Source of the DNA: a bacterium
GTDB lineage: Bacteria > Electryoneota > JAOADG01
Direction of reading: 5' to 3'
DNA length: 64,000 nucleotides
Assembly (NCBI GenBank): GCA_963681965.1
Contig: OY820579.1
Location: 608,001 to 672,000 of the forward strand
In this document: positions 29,249-38,862 of the stretch, piece by piece
Numbering within the stretch: position 1 is the stretch's first letter
Layout: each line of letters starts with the position of its first letter
The notes under the pieces: generated by a model
The model's database searches: none
Told to the model about the DNA's origin: nothing
Seen by the model: only the letters and a program-made list of their open reading frames with translations
Made by a program: the position numbers and the translations under genes

Positions 29249-29806
29249 TTATGCTTCGTCGACCCACGGCACCAAGCCGGGCATTAGTTTCACCTGAATC
29301 GTTTTCGTCGACAATTCGACCGATTTCACGAATCGTTTCAAGAACGGAATGAGCGTTGTATCGCCGTTCGGTCCTTGCACTTCGATCACATGCGAAGCCG
29401 GAAGCTCCATCACGTCGATCACCTTGCCCAGCGTCCGATTTTCCATATCGACAACTGTCAGACCAACCAGATCGTCAATGTAAAAGAACCATTTTCCCGT
29501 CGGTTTCGATCGCTCGGTGACTTCAAGGTAACTGCCAATCAAAGCTTCGGCAGTATTGCGATCGGTAATTTCCCGGAACGCAACGCGAATGAATTCACCG
29601 TCGATTCTTGTAGAAACCAGTGTCAATCGTTCGGGAAACACCCCCTTCGGGGTGGTATCGAAGCTGAGAAAAAACTCCTCGCCCCGTTTCCATTTCCGGG
29701 CGGCATCCGAGAGTGATCGAAGCACTACTTCACCTTGGAGACCGTGAGCTTTCACGATTCTCGCGACAGTAATACGATCTGCCCCCGGTTGTGGCTGATG
29801 TTCGAT
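29249..29806 (-). CDS. rimM: Ribosome maturation factor RimM (start uncertain: ATC 29806 or GTG 29755)
   Basis: RIVKAHGLQGEV, FYIDDLVGL and LIPF; located between rpsP and trmD. Confidence 0.9.
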   Translation of the reverse strand: MEHQPQPGADRITVARIVKAHGLQGEVVLRSLSDAARKWKRGEEFFLSFDTTPKGVFPERLTLVSTRIDGEFIRVAFREITDRNTAEALIGSYLEVTERSKPTGKWFFYIDDLVGLTVVDMENRTLGKVIDVMELPASHVIEVQGPNGDTTLIPFLKRFVKSVELSTKTIQVKLMPGLVPWVDEA

Positions 29807-29807
29807 A

Positions 29808-30176
29808 TTACGCTTCAGCGGTTTCCGGCTCAGCTTTCGGTGCGATAAATCGCTCTGGATATTTTGCCATCCAAGCTTTGTGAGCCACGGCTAATTCCGC
29901 CGGAGTCGCATTCTTCTTGGATTTGAGCTCAAATAACTCAAGTACGCCTTGACGCGAGAACAAAGATTTTACCGTATCTGTGGGCTGCGCACCTTTGGAC
30001 AACCATTCCAGTGCCTTGTCAACGTCGATCTGAATCGCCGGTTGCTTCGGCAGTGGATCGTAGAAACCGATTTTCTCGATAAAACCGCTGTCGCGCGGTG
30101 CCCGAGCGTCGGAAACTAAAATGCGGTAAAACGGACGTTTCTTCCGTCCCAACCGCGCTAAACGAATCTTAACCAT
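29808..30176 (-). CDS. rpsP: 30S ribosomal protein S16
   Basis: [19 protein letters not shown] and GAQPTDTV. Confidence 0.98.
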   Translation of the reverse strand: MVKIRLARLGRKKRPFYRILVSDARAPRDSGFIEKIGFYDPLPKQPAIQIDVDKALEWLSKGAQPTDTVKSLFSRQGVLELFELKSKKNATPAELAVAHKAWMAKYPERFIAPKAEPETAEA

Positions 30177-30282
30177 CTTACTCCTTAGATCCCAAAAAAG
30201 TTAATTTTTGATTCCGATTCACAAGTCGTTTGATTTATTTCCAACTGCTTCTTCGGTATCTCGAATGTACTGTTGTTATTTA

Positions 30283-30699
30283 CTATCGCTGAAAGCGAAT
30301 ATTCGTAAAATCTTGCTCGGTCTCGAGTAACTGCTTTTTGCGTCGCTCCGACCATTCGCGCGCCACCGATTTGGCGTCTTCCATCATTCCGGTTTCCATC
30401 AGCGTGGCAATCCACCGTGCGACGGAATGCGGAAGATCGTGACCGGGAATACCGTTAATTTTGAATTCGGCAGTCCCAACCAAGTGTCGCTCGAGAATCT
30501 CCTGTTGACGAGCGCGGTCTTCGTCGAATCCCGCAGCATAGAGCATTAGCCCGCAATTCGGGATTGGACAAGACATTCCGGTACGAGGACCGGATGTTGT
30601 CGACTGAGCATCCACTGCCGAATTGGAGGATGGGAAGCGATCCCATTTCCGGAATCCGGAGGGAAAAGATTGCTCGTCTTTATGCGGTGAAAACGACAC
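30283..30699 (-). CDS. Hypothetical protein with CPxxxC...H...H motif
   Basis: Strong AGGAGG RBS before the GTG start; fills the ffh-rpsP gap. Confidence 0.6.
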   Translation of the reverse strand: MSFSPHKDEQSFPSGFRKWDRFPSSNSAVDAQSTTSGPRTGMSCPIPNCGLMLYAAGFDEDRARQQEILERHLVGTAEFKINGIPGHDLPHSVARWIATLMETGMMEDAKSVAREWSERRKKQLLETEQDFTNIRFQR

Positions 30700-30829
30700 C
30701 GAACACCTCCTGAAAGGAAAAACGAGAACCGATTTGCCGACGAACTACTTCTAACAACAACACGATAGAACTAATCGAATCAAGTATAAAGAACTCTGGA
30801 AACGGTCGATTGTAGCGACCCAATCGTCG

Positions 30830-32152
30830 TTACAATCCGAATGGTAGTTTCATGCCCTTTTTGCCGGGATGAAAACCACCCATCTTACTCATCATTTTGC
30901 GCATTTGGTCGTACTGATTCAACAACCGGTTGACTTCCTGAAGGGGTCGACCGCTGCCAATCGCGATCCGACGCCGACGCGAACCGTCGATAATGTGCGG
31001 ACGAATGCGCTCGATCTTCGTCATACTCTGAATGATCGCCTTGACATGCAGCAACTCTTTTTCGTCGATATCGACGTCTTTCAGTTTGTTGCCGATGCCG
31101 GGAATCATCTTCACTAAATCCTGCAGCGAACCCATCTTCTTGATCGATTCGATCTGCTCCAGAAAATCGTCGAAAGTAAACGTCGCGGTCTGTAACCGTT
31201 CGGCGAGTTGCGCCGCTTTTTGCTCGTCGACGGCGCGCTGCGCTCGCTCGACCAGCGTAACGATGTCACCCAACCCTAAAATTCGTTTTGCCATCCGGTC
31301 GGGATGGAACGGTTCGAGTGCATCGGCTTTTTCACCGGTACCAATGAACAGCAACGGGCGTCCGGTCGCGGCACGAATCGAGAGCGCGGCGCCACCACGG
31401 GCATCGCCATCCATCTTCGTCAGCACCACGCCGTGGAAATCGATCCGGCGGGCAAATTCCACTGCCGTCGTTACAGCGTCCTGACCAGTCATCGCATCGG
31501 CAACATACAGGATATCCGAGGGATTGACGGACGCCTTGATCTTCTCAAGTTCCGCCATCATCTCATCGTCGATCGCCAATCGTCCGGCAGTATCGATAAT
31601 CACGACATCGCGCGCTTGTCGGCGAGCGTCGTCGATACCGCTTTTGGCAATTGCCAGCGGAGTTTTTCGGTCGCCGATACTTACCGGTACACCGCTCTTT
31701 TGTCCCAATACCTGCAATTGATCGATAGCGGCGGGACGATACACGTCGCCGGCAACCATCAACGGATAGCGTTTTCGCTCTTTCAGCCAGAGTGCCAGTT
31801 TCGCGCAGAACGTCGTCTTACCGGAACCTTGCAGACCGCAAACCATTACAATCGCAGGGGTACCGCTTAATTTCATCGGGCGGTAGTCGCCACCCAATAA
31901 TACGACCAATTCGTCGTGGATGATTTTGACAATCTGGTTGCCCGGACTGACCGACGATATGACTTCGGAACCGACCGCTTTATCGGAAATCTTGTCGACA
32001 AAATCGCGCGCGACGTTCAAATTGACGTCAGCTTCGAGCAGAATCTTGCGAATTTCACGCAGTGTTTCCCGGACCTGCTCTTCGCTCAGACGTCCGCCAC
32101 CACGCAGTTTCTTGAAAAAGCCTTCCAGCCGATTCGACAGTTGCTCGAACAT
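30830..32152 (-). CDS. ffh: Signal recognition particle protein
   Basis: GLQGSGKTT, DTAGR, TKMDGDARGG and an M domain. Confidence 0.98.
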   Translation of the reverse strand: MFEQLSNRLEGFFKKLRGGGRLSEEQVRETLREIRKILLEADVNLNVARDFVDKISDKAVGSEVISSVSPGNQIVKIIHDELVVLLGGDYRPMKLSGTPAIVMVCGLQGSGKTTFCAKLALWLKERKRYPLMVAGDVYRPAAIDQLQVLGQKSGVPVSIGDRKTPLAIAKSGIDDARRQARDVVIIDTAGRLAIDDEMMAELEKIKASVNPSDILYVADAMTGQDAVTTAVEFARRIDFHGVVLTKMDGDARGGAALSIRAATGRPLLFIGTGEKADALEPFHPDRMAKRILGLGDIVTLVERAQRAVDEQKAAQLAERLQTATFTFDDFLEQIESIKKMGSLQDLVKMIPGIGNKLKDVDIDEKELLHVKAIIQSMTKIERIRPHIIDGSRRRRIAIGSGRPLQEVNRLLNQYDQMRKMMSKMGGFHPGKKGMKLPFGL

Positions 32153-32213
32153 AGCACCTTTTTATCGTAGCCGACAGCAATCGCACTGGAGCCAATCCAG
32201 TGTCACCATCCGC

Positions 32214-32702
32214 TTAGTGTTTTCCAAATCGATTGATAATCGTGTCAATGATATTCGTGGTCGAACGTTCCGGAACCAAATCCACCAACTCGACACAGCC
32301 ACCAGCCGCCATAACCGCACTCGCACCGGCGATTTGCTCGACCGAGTAGTCGGCGCCTTTCACGAGTACATCCGGCAACAGCTTTTGATACAGCGCTTCC
32401 GGGGTAGGTTCGTCGAACGGTATAACCGCTTCGACCACCTTCAACGACACCAATAATTTCGCACGGTCTTCCCAAGGCACCAACGGTCGCTTATCGCCTT
32501 TAATGGCTCTTACCGATGCATCGCTATTCAGAGCGATCCACAATCTTCGCCCGTAGGAAGCGGCTTTTTCCAAATATTCGATGTGACCTCGATGTAAGAT
32601 ATCGAACACACCATTGGTCATGACGAGGCGCATTCCAATTTTGCGGTACGACAACCGCAACGCCAGCGCTCGCTCCGGCGTAAAAATCCGGTCTTCAAAC
32701 AT
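32214..32702 (-). CDS. rfaE2: D-glycero-beta-D-manno-heptose 1-phosphate adenylyltransferase
   Basis: TNGVFDILHRGH, LNSDASVR and VKGADY. Confidence 0.92.
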   Translation of the reverse strand: MFEDRIFTPERALALRLSYRKIGMRLVMTNGVFDILHRGHIEYLEKAASYGRRLWIALNSDASVRAIKGDKRPLVPWEDRAKLLVSLKVVEAVIPFDEPTPEALYQKLLPDVLVKGADYSVEQIAGASAVMAAGGCVELVDLVPERSTTNIIDTIINRFGKH

Positions 32703-32821
32703 GGTCTCTTTCAGGATCGGGATTCCGAACCCGGCAATCGGCGAAAATACTCGCTTCGCGCTGGATCGGCACCTCCGATACCCCTCTGAACGACAATTAG
32801 CCCGACGTTGTGCCGGGCTTC

Positions 32822-32898
32822 TGGTGGGCGCTACTAGACTTGAACTAGTGACCTCTGGTATGTGAGACCAGCGCTCTAACCAGCTGAGCTAAGCGCCC
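32822..32898 (-). tRNA. tRNA-Val(CAC)
   Basis: GGGCGCTTAGCTCAGCTGGTTAGAGCG CTGGT-CTCACAT-ACCAG ...GTTCAAGT...GCGCCCACCA cloverleaf with encoded CCA. Confidence 0.95.
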
Positions 32899-32944
32899 AA
32901 TATTATTTCGCTTCTGCGACCTTAAATTCCTCAAGCTTGGAAAA

Positions 32945-33925
32945 TTACAAATTTTTAACACTGTCGCGCAACAGCTCCAATTTGACCGGAACCGCCCCAA
33001 CTTCGCCAACCACAATCCCGGCGGCACAATTCGCGACCCGCGCCGCCGCCCGGACATCGCCGCCAGCCCCCATGATAGCCGCCATTGTAGCGATTACCGT
33101 ATCGCCGGCACCACTCACATCGGCAACTTTCCGGGCATCTGTCGCAATTGTTGTGATTCCGGCGTTTCCACCCAAAGTCATCCCTTTCGCTCCGCGAGTG
33201 AGCAGAATGTACTCGGCTTTCAATAACTCCCGGAGGTGATAGATTGCTTCGACAATCGATTCTTCGCCCTCGATCGGTCGATTGAGAGCCGTCCGTACTT
33301 CTCGAAGATTCGGTTTAAAAACGGTCACTCCGACATATTCGAAAAACCGGAGTTGCTTCGGATCGACCAGAATTGGAATCTGTTCGGCATTCGCCAACCG
33401 GATTACGGTGGTGATAATGTCGCTGCGCAGCACCCCTTTGTTATAGTCCTGCAAAATGATTCCGCGTATTTCGCCGCTGCGAATCCGATCGCGTAGCCGA
33501 TACAGAATCTGTTCGGCGACGGAATCGGAGACGTCGTCGCGGTGTTCGCGATCGAACCGCACGACATGGTGCGAATCTGCCAATACCCGTGTTTTCACTG
33601 TCGTCGGGCGGTCTTCAACGGAAAAAATGCCGGTACTGTCGCAACCAAAGTCTTCAAGCATCAACCGGAGGGTTTTACCGTCGTTGTCTTCGCCGATCAC
33701 ACCGAACGGTTCCGGTACGACACCGAGTGCGGAGAGATTCTGCAATACATTCGCCGCACCACCGGGCAACACAAATTCGTCGTGGATATCGACGACCGGC
33801 ACTGGTGCCTCGGGCGAGATCCGGTCGGCTTTGCCCATCAGGTAACGGTCGAGCATCAGGTCGCCCACCACCGCGATGTGGATGCCTTTACAAGAGTCGA
33901 GCAGTGATAAAAATGATTGTTCCAT
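32945..33925 (-). CDS. rfaE1: D-glycero-beta-D-manno-heptose-7-phosphate kinase
   Basis: GDLMLD, RISPEAPVPV, DYNKG and DVSGAGDT. Confidence 0.94.
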   Translation of the reverse strand: MEQSFLSLLDSCKGIHIAVVGDLMLDRYLMGKADRISPEAPVPVVDIHDEFVLPGGAANVLQNLSALGVVPEPFGVIGEDNDGKTLRLMLEDFGCDSTGIFSVEDRPTTVKTRVLADSHHVVRFDREHRDDVSDSVAEQILYRLRDRIRSGEIRGIILQDYNKGVLRSDIITTVIRLANAEQIPILVDPKQLRFFEYVGVTVFKPNLREVRTALNRPIEGEESIVEAIYHLRELLKAEYILLTRGAKGMTLGGNAGITTIATDARKVADVSGAGDTVIATMAAIMGAGGDVRAAARVANCAAGIVVGEVGAVPVKLELLRDSVKNL

Positions 33926-33956
33926 TTACAGCTTCTTCGTCAATTTTTTTAAAAGG

Positions 33957-34160
33957 TAGGGGCGGTTCGCGAACCGCCCGTGTCCAATCAAACAAAAATA
34001 CACATGAGTAGATTGCTTCGTCCTTCCGCTTCGGAAGTCAGCCGTTCGGCTGACGTTCTTTCGCTGCAGTCCTCGCAACGACAAATCAAGATTCAAGATT
34101 TACAGATCACATGAATTGATTGCCACAGCCGCTGAGGGCGTATTGCCATACGCCCCTACA
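33957..34160. repeat. REP cluster (BIME/REPIN-like)
   Basis: GTAGGGGCGGTTCGCGAACCGCCC and an inverted GGGCGTATTGCCATACGCCCCTAC flank a GATTGCTTCG...CTCGCAACGAC element. Confidence 0.7.
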
Positions 34161-34174
34161 GTAAAAAACAACAA

Positions 34175-35149
34175 TCAATCACCCAATCGCTTGCCCGGTG
34201 CGATGTAATCCACGACATATCGTTTCACATAGTCGGCAAATTTATCGGTGAATGACGCAAAACCGAGCGCTTGCAATCGCGACATTTCGGCGCAAGTATA
34301 ATACTGATACCGATCGCGCAAATCGTCCGGGGTGGGGAAATAAATAATGTGTGCCGGTTTCTGGATCGCGGCAAACACCGCTTCCGCCAATTGATTGAAC
34401 GAATGCGCTCGACCGGTTCCAAGATTGAAAATGCCATTCACCTTCGGATTGTCGTAGGCGAACATCAATCCTTCCAGCACTTCCCAGATCGAAACGAAAT
34501 CGCGACTCTGCCCGCCATCCTTGTAGTCTGGATGGTGTGATTCGAATAACCGAATCGTTCCAACATCCCGTGCCTGTGGATAGGTATGCAGAATCACGCT
34601 TGCCATGCGACCCTTGTGGTATTCGTTCGGTCCGAACACATTGAAGAACCGAAATCCGGCAACTTTATCGTACCAGTCGTGTTCGAGTACATACTTGTCG
34701 AACAACCATTTCGAAAAACCGTACGGATTCAACGGCTTCAGTTTGAATGTTAAATCCGGATCGTCGGAGAACCCCAGTGCGCCATCGCCATACACCGCCG
34801 CCGATGAAGCATAGATGAACCGCACACCGTGACCGAGCGACCAGTCGCACAACGCGCGCGTAAAATCGAAATTCCATGAATAGAAGAAGTCACCGTCGAG
34901 CAGTGTCGTGTCCGCATTCGCACCGATATGAAATACCGCTTCCAAGTCGTGTGCCCAATGGTCGACCGAGAGCCGCTCGAAAAATTCATCGCGATCGATA
35001 AATTCAGCGAATTTCAGACCGAGCAGATTCTTCCACTTCTCGCCATGTCCCAATTTGTCTACCAAAATCAAATCGGTACGCCCCCGGCGGTTCAGTTCCC
35101 ACACCACGGCACTGCCGATAAATCCTGTCGCTCCGGTTATCAGTATCAT
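34175..35149 (-). CDS. hldD: ADP-L-glycero-D-manno-heptose 6-epimerase
   Basis: TGATGFIG, YASSAAVYG, PLNPYGFSK and FNVFGPNEYHKGRMAS. Confidence 0.95.
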   Translation of the reverse strand: MILITGATGFIGSAVVWELNRRGRTDLILVDKLGHGEKWKNLLGLKFAEFIDRDEFFERLSVDHWAHDLEAVFHIGANADTTLLDGDFFYSWNFDFTRALCDWSLGHGVRFIYASSAAVYGDGALGFSDDPDLTFKLKPLNPYGFSKWLFDKYVLEHDWYDKVAGFRFFNVFGPNEYHKGRMASVILHTYPQARDVGTIRLFESHHPDYKDGGQSRDFVSIWEVLEGLMFAYDNPKVNGIFNLGTGRAHSFNQLAEAVFAAIQKPAHIIYFPTPDDLRDRYQYYTCAEMSRLQALGFASFTDKFADYVKRYVVDYIAPGKRLGD

Positions 35150-35241
35150 TTCTATATCCTATGAACGATGATAGGGGCAATTTCGATTGCCCCTTGCAAT
35201 GTACATCGATTAGACGGCACAATGTTACTCAAATCAAATTG

Positions 35242-36144
35242 TTATTTCGATTCCGGTTTTTTCGACCCGGTCGGTTCACCCAATTTGTACTCGATCAGAC
35301 TTCCCTTGATCGTACCAAATGGCAATTCCGTTGCCATCATCACTGGCATATGTTTTTCGTCGTCGGTCAGCCAGACCCAAATTCGACCTTTCCGCTTGAA
35401 AATACCTTCCGATTCCAATTTAGGTTCCACTTTCACACAATCGAACTTTCCTGCTGGAACCGAGACTCGCTCTTTCTTCTGAATTTCGACCATTAATGGA
35501 TATTTTTTGTCGACATCGTGCACGGGAATATGTACCGGCTTGCCCACTTCCAACGGCATCAGTCGAAGCATATACATCGATGAAAGAATATCTACGGCGA
35601 GTGTATCGAAATCGGTGATTTTGTTGTCCGATCCCGCTTGAATCATGGTTGCTTTTCGCGTGTTATGCTCGTAATCGACGAGTTTATCGTCTTTATAGTT
35701 ACCTTCGCGAAGTCGTTTGGTAAAGCGGTGCGAAACAAACATCACACTATCGACAAAGCTGTCGATCCGGTCGCGCACTTTGTAGATATAATCGAATCCC
35801 TTTGCCGATTTCGCTTCCGCCCGGAACTGATAACACTTGTGAGCATCAATTTTGGCAAACGGCAGGATCTCGAGAATTCCTGTACCGGCTGTTACGGCAC
35901 CAAATTCCAACGTAAAAACAAGTTTCTCGCCCGGACCAAACGCTCTATTCTCCAACGGTCGTGCCAAATCGGTTGCCCACAAGTCTTTTGTGATCGAAGT
36001 CGAATCGGCAAAGGCGGGTGCACCGATCGAAACCATCGCAATACAAACCACCGATAGTATAATTATTCCGATCGTCTTTCGACAGGACTTCATCGGTTTA
36101 CACTGGTTTGTTCGGTTAAATATTTTTTTAATATGCATCTTCAC
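35242..36144 (-). CDS. Exported DUF3108-like protein (start may be 36093)
   Basis: Signal peptide, FGPGEKL, VPAGKFDC and WLTDDEKHMPV. Confidence 0.75.
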   Translation of the reverse strand: MKMHIKKIFNRTNQCKPMKSCRKTIGIIILSVVCIAMVSIGAPAFADSTSITKDLWATDLARPLENRAFGPGEKLVFTLEFGAVTAGTGILEILPFAKIDAHKCYQFRAEAKSAKGFDYIYKVRDRIDSFVDSVMFVSHRFTKRLREGNYKDDKLVDYEHNTRKATMIQAGSDNKITDFDTLAVDILSSMYMLRLMPLEVGKPVHIPVHDVDKKYPLMVEIQKKERVSVPAGKFDCVKVEPKLESEGIFKRKGRIWVWLTDDEKHMPVMMATELPFGTIKGSLIEYKLGEPTGSKKPESK

Positions 36145-37567
36145 CCCAAATCACCGCATAGAATGTCATAAGGATGATTTTTAGGTCGAGACCAAAGGTC
36201 CAATTTTCGACGTAATTGATATCCGCTTGCGTTCGAACCGCAATCGGTACTTGTCCGCGGAGCCCTGTCACTTGTGCCCAGCCGGTTAATCCAGCGCGAA
36301 CACGGTGACGGTCATTGTAACGCGGAACCTCTTTCGCAAACTGCTCGACGAATACCGGTCGTTCGGGACGCGGTCCGACAATCGACAAGTCCCCGACAAA
36401 AATATTCCACAACTGCGGTAGTTCATCTAACGAGCTGCGGCGTAAGAATTTACCGATTGGAGTTACCCGCGGATCACCCTTTACTGCCCAAACCGCACCC
36501 GATTTTTTTTCGGCGTCTTGCACCATCGAGCGATACTTCCAACATTTAAATATACGTCCGTGGAGCGTCACACGATCCTGTCCGTACAAAACCGGACCGG
36601 TACTCGATAGTTTTACCAATATTGCAAGTAGTGTCAAAAGGGGTGACAGTACAATCAGTGCCAAGCCCGACATCGCAATATCGAAAGACCGCTTCAATAC
36701 GGCATTCCAGCCCTTGAGCGGAACACCTTTCAATTCCAGAATCGGAACACCCTCGATGTCGCGTGCTTCGAGTCGCGAGGTCAATTTCGACAACTTCACT
36801 GGCACATAAGCGACTTCGATATTGCGTCCGGTAAGGCGCTCAATCACCTTGTCCAGCCGCTCCAGATCGGTATCCGGTACGGCAACGACCACCCGTTCGA
36901 TGTGGAATTCAGTCAATAAATCTTCGAGGTGATCCAGATCACCGATTCTTAGTTGTTCTGGCATTTTGTCATCGTTGGCATCGGAAATCCAACCAAGGAA
37001 TTGAATGCCGTTGAGATGTAAATGCTTCAGTCGTTCTATCAAGAGTTGTGCCGCATCGCCGTGTCCAACCAAGACGGTACGGAGCATTCCCAAACTGCGG
37101 TTATGCAATACCCGTTTGATTCGGAATTCGATCCAACGGGCAATCGTAATACACAACATCCAACTGATCAGCAGCACTGTGTACATCATCCGCGACCAGG
37201 TGGTATCGCGATAGAAGAAGTTCGCGGCAATCAGCAGTATCCACGCGACGCCGACTTGTTTGATCATCCGGATATAATCGTCGCGGAAACCGTGTCCGGG
37301 AACAAATCGGTAGAATCCCCGAAGGGCTAGTAGGGTTACCAGAAAGAGCGAACCGATCAAAGCGGCAAATAGAATCGTGCTCGCTTCAGGAATACCAAGT
37401 GTAACGGGAAACCACTTCGTCAGTGGGCTGTAAAACCGTAACCAATAAGCGAGTGAAAACGCGACCCATGTTCCCATTAGGTCGCCGAGTACCGCAATTG
37501 CCGGGACGGCAAACAGGCGTGTTGTTCCGTGACCACGACCGGGATTGTCGGAAGGATTAATCGACAT
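36128..37567 (-). CDS. Undecaprenyl-phosphate glucose phosphotransferase (WcaJ/WbaP family)
   Basis: N-terminal TMs, KRSFDI, KYRSM, SLDELPQL, VGPRPE and GLTGWAQV. Confidence 0.92.
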   Translation of the reverse strand: MSINPSDNPGRGHGTTRLFAVPAIAVLGDLMGTWVAFSLAYWLRFYSPLTKWFPVTLGIPEASTILFAALIGSLFLVTLLALRGFYRFVPGHGFRDDYIRMIKQVGVAWILLIAANFFYRDTTWSRMMYTVLLISWMLCITIARWIEFRIKRVLHNRSLGMLRTVLVGHGDAAQLLIERLKHLHLNGIQFLGWISDANDDKMPEQLRIGDLDHLEDLLTEFHIERVVVAVPDTDLERLDKVIERLTGRNIEVAYVPVKLSKLTSRLEARDIEGVPILELKGVPLKGWNAVLKRSFDIAMSGLALIVLSPLLTLLAILVKLSSTGPVLYGQDRVTLHGRIFKCWKYRSMVQDAEKKSGAVWAVKGDPRVTPIGKFLRRSSLDELPQLWNIFVGDLSIVGPRPERPVFVEQFAKEVPRYNDRHRVRAGLTGWAQVTGLRGQVPIAVRTQADINYVENWTFGLDLKIILMTFYAVIWGEDAY

Positions 37568-38750
37568 CGATTCCCTCACCGATACTTCCGGCATGTTGTC
37601 GCATCGCTTCCGGCAGTTCGTGCACATCGCCACCGTGCAGGATCCAGCGACTCGCAATCGCGGAGGAATAGCGCTGGAGGAACCGATTGCGATCGAAGAA
37701 TTCGGCGGTGTGCCGGATGGCATGGCGATCCAGCGATAGTTGTTCCAATTCCCGGATGCCCTGCAACAACGAATCAACGGTCTGTTCGGCAAATCCGGTG
37801 CCGGTGATCGGCAGGTTATCGCGTTTTGCTCGCGCGGGTATCACGACCGTCTCCATCGCACCACCACGGGAATAAGCAACGACTGGCGTTCCGGTTGCCA
37901 TTGCTTCTACCGGAACGATACCAAAATCCTCTTCACCGGGGAACAGCAGTGCTGTCGCACCGCCATAGAGCCGATTTAATTCACTCCCCTCGACTGAGCC
38001 ACAGAATTCCACCGTTGGTCCGGCAAGGCGTTCCAAATTCTTTTTCTCGGGACCGTCGCCGACAATCTTCAAGTTGAAACCGGCGTGTTTTGCGGCTTCT
38101 ACCGCCAGATCGACACGTTTATACGGCACTAATGAAGTCACGACCAGAAAATAATTGCCCGATTGATCGCCCATGGTAAACTGTTTTGTTTCGACTGGCG
38201 GATAGACGACTTCCGCTTCCCGTCGCCAGTGGTGATTGATCCGACGCCGGACGTGGTGACTGTTCGCCAAGTAGTGGTCGGCACGCGAAGCACTGATGAC
38301 ATCCCATTCACGCAATCGGCGAGCCGATAGCGTCGCTGCCATTCGAAACAATGGACCGTGTTTGCGTTCGCCGAAATATTCCCAGAACAGTTCCCAGACG
38401 TAGCGCATCGGCGTGTGGATATAGGAAACGTGCAGCGCATCCGACCGCGACAGCACCCCTTTTGCGACCGCATGCGAGGTCGATAACACCAAATCGTATT
38501 GCGACAGATCGAAACTTTCGATTGCCGCCGGGAAGAACGGCAGGTAGTAGCGATACCGCTCTGCCGACATCGGTAGTCGTTGAATAAAACTGGTGTGGAT
38601 ATTGCACTCGGCGATGCGTCCGTGAATCTTTTCCGGCACATGCAACAACGTGTAGAGATCGCACGGACCGACGAGTTCGCAGATCGCGTCGAGCACTTTC
38701 TCGCCGCCGCGCATTCCGGTCAACCAGTCGTGTACTAAGGCTATTTTCAT
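37557..38750 (-). CDS. Glycosyltransferase family 4
   Basis: HDWLTGMRGGEKV and EDFGIVPVEAMA. Confidence 0.93.
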   Translation of the reverse strand: MKIALVHDWLTGMRGGEKVLDAICELVGPCDLYTLLHVPEKIHGRIAECNIHTSFIQRLPMSAERYRYYLPFFPAAIESFDLSQYDLVLSTSHAVAKGVLSRSDALHVSYIHTPMRYVWELFWEYFGERKHGPLFRMAATLSARRLREWDVISASRADHYLANSHHVRRRINHHWRREAEVVYPPVETKQFTMGDQSGNYFLVVTSLVPYKRVDLAVEAAKHAGFNLKIVGDGPEKKNLERLAGPTVEFCGSVEGSELNRLYGGATALLFPGEEDFGIVPVEAMATGTPVVAYSRGGAMETVVIPARAKRDNLPITGTGFAEQTVDSLLQGIRELEQLSLDRHAIRHTAEFFDRNRFLQRYSSAIASRWILHGGDVHELPEAMRQHAGSIGEGIDVD

Positions 38751-38862
38751 AATTGAGACTTAAAATTCACAGTATTATTCCACTGTCGTTACATCTATCG
38801 ACAGAAAGAAAGATTGTCGCACCTTCAAGACCAGTTTAAAAAAAGAGTGTTAACCCTCTTTA

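Noticed and set aside
32822-32898. tRNA as a prophage or island attachment site
   Set aside because: No integrase or duplicated tRNA 3' end was seen, and both flanks are housekeeping genes.
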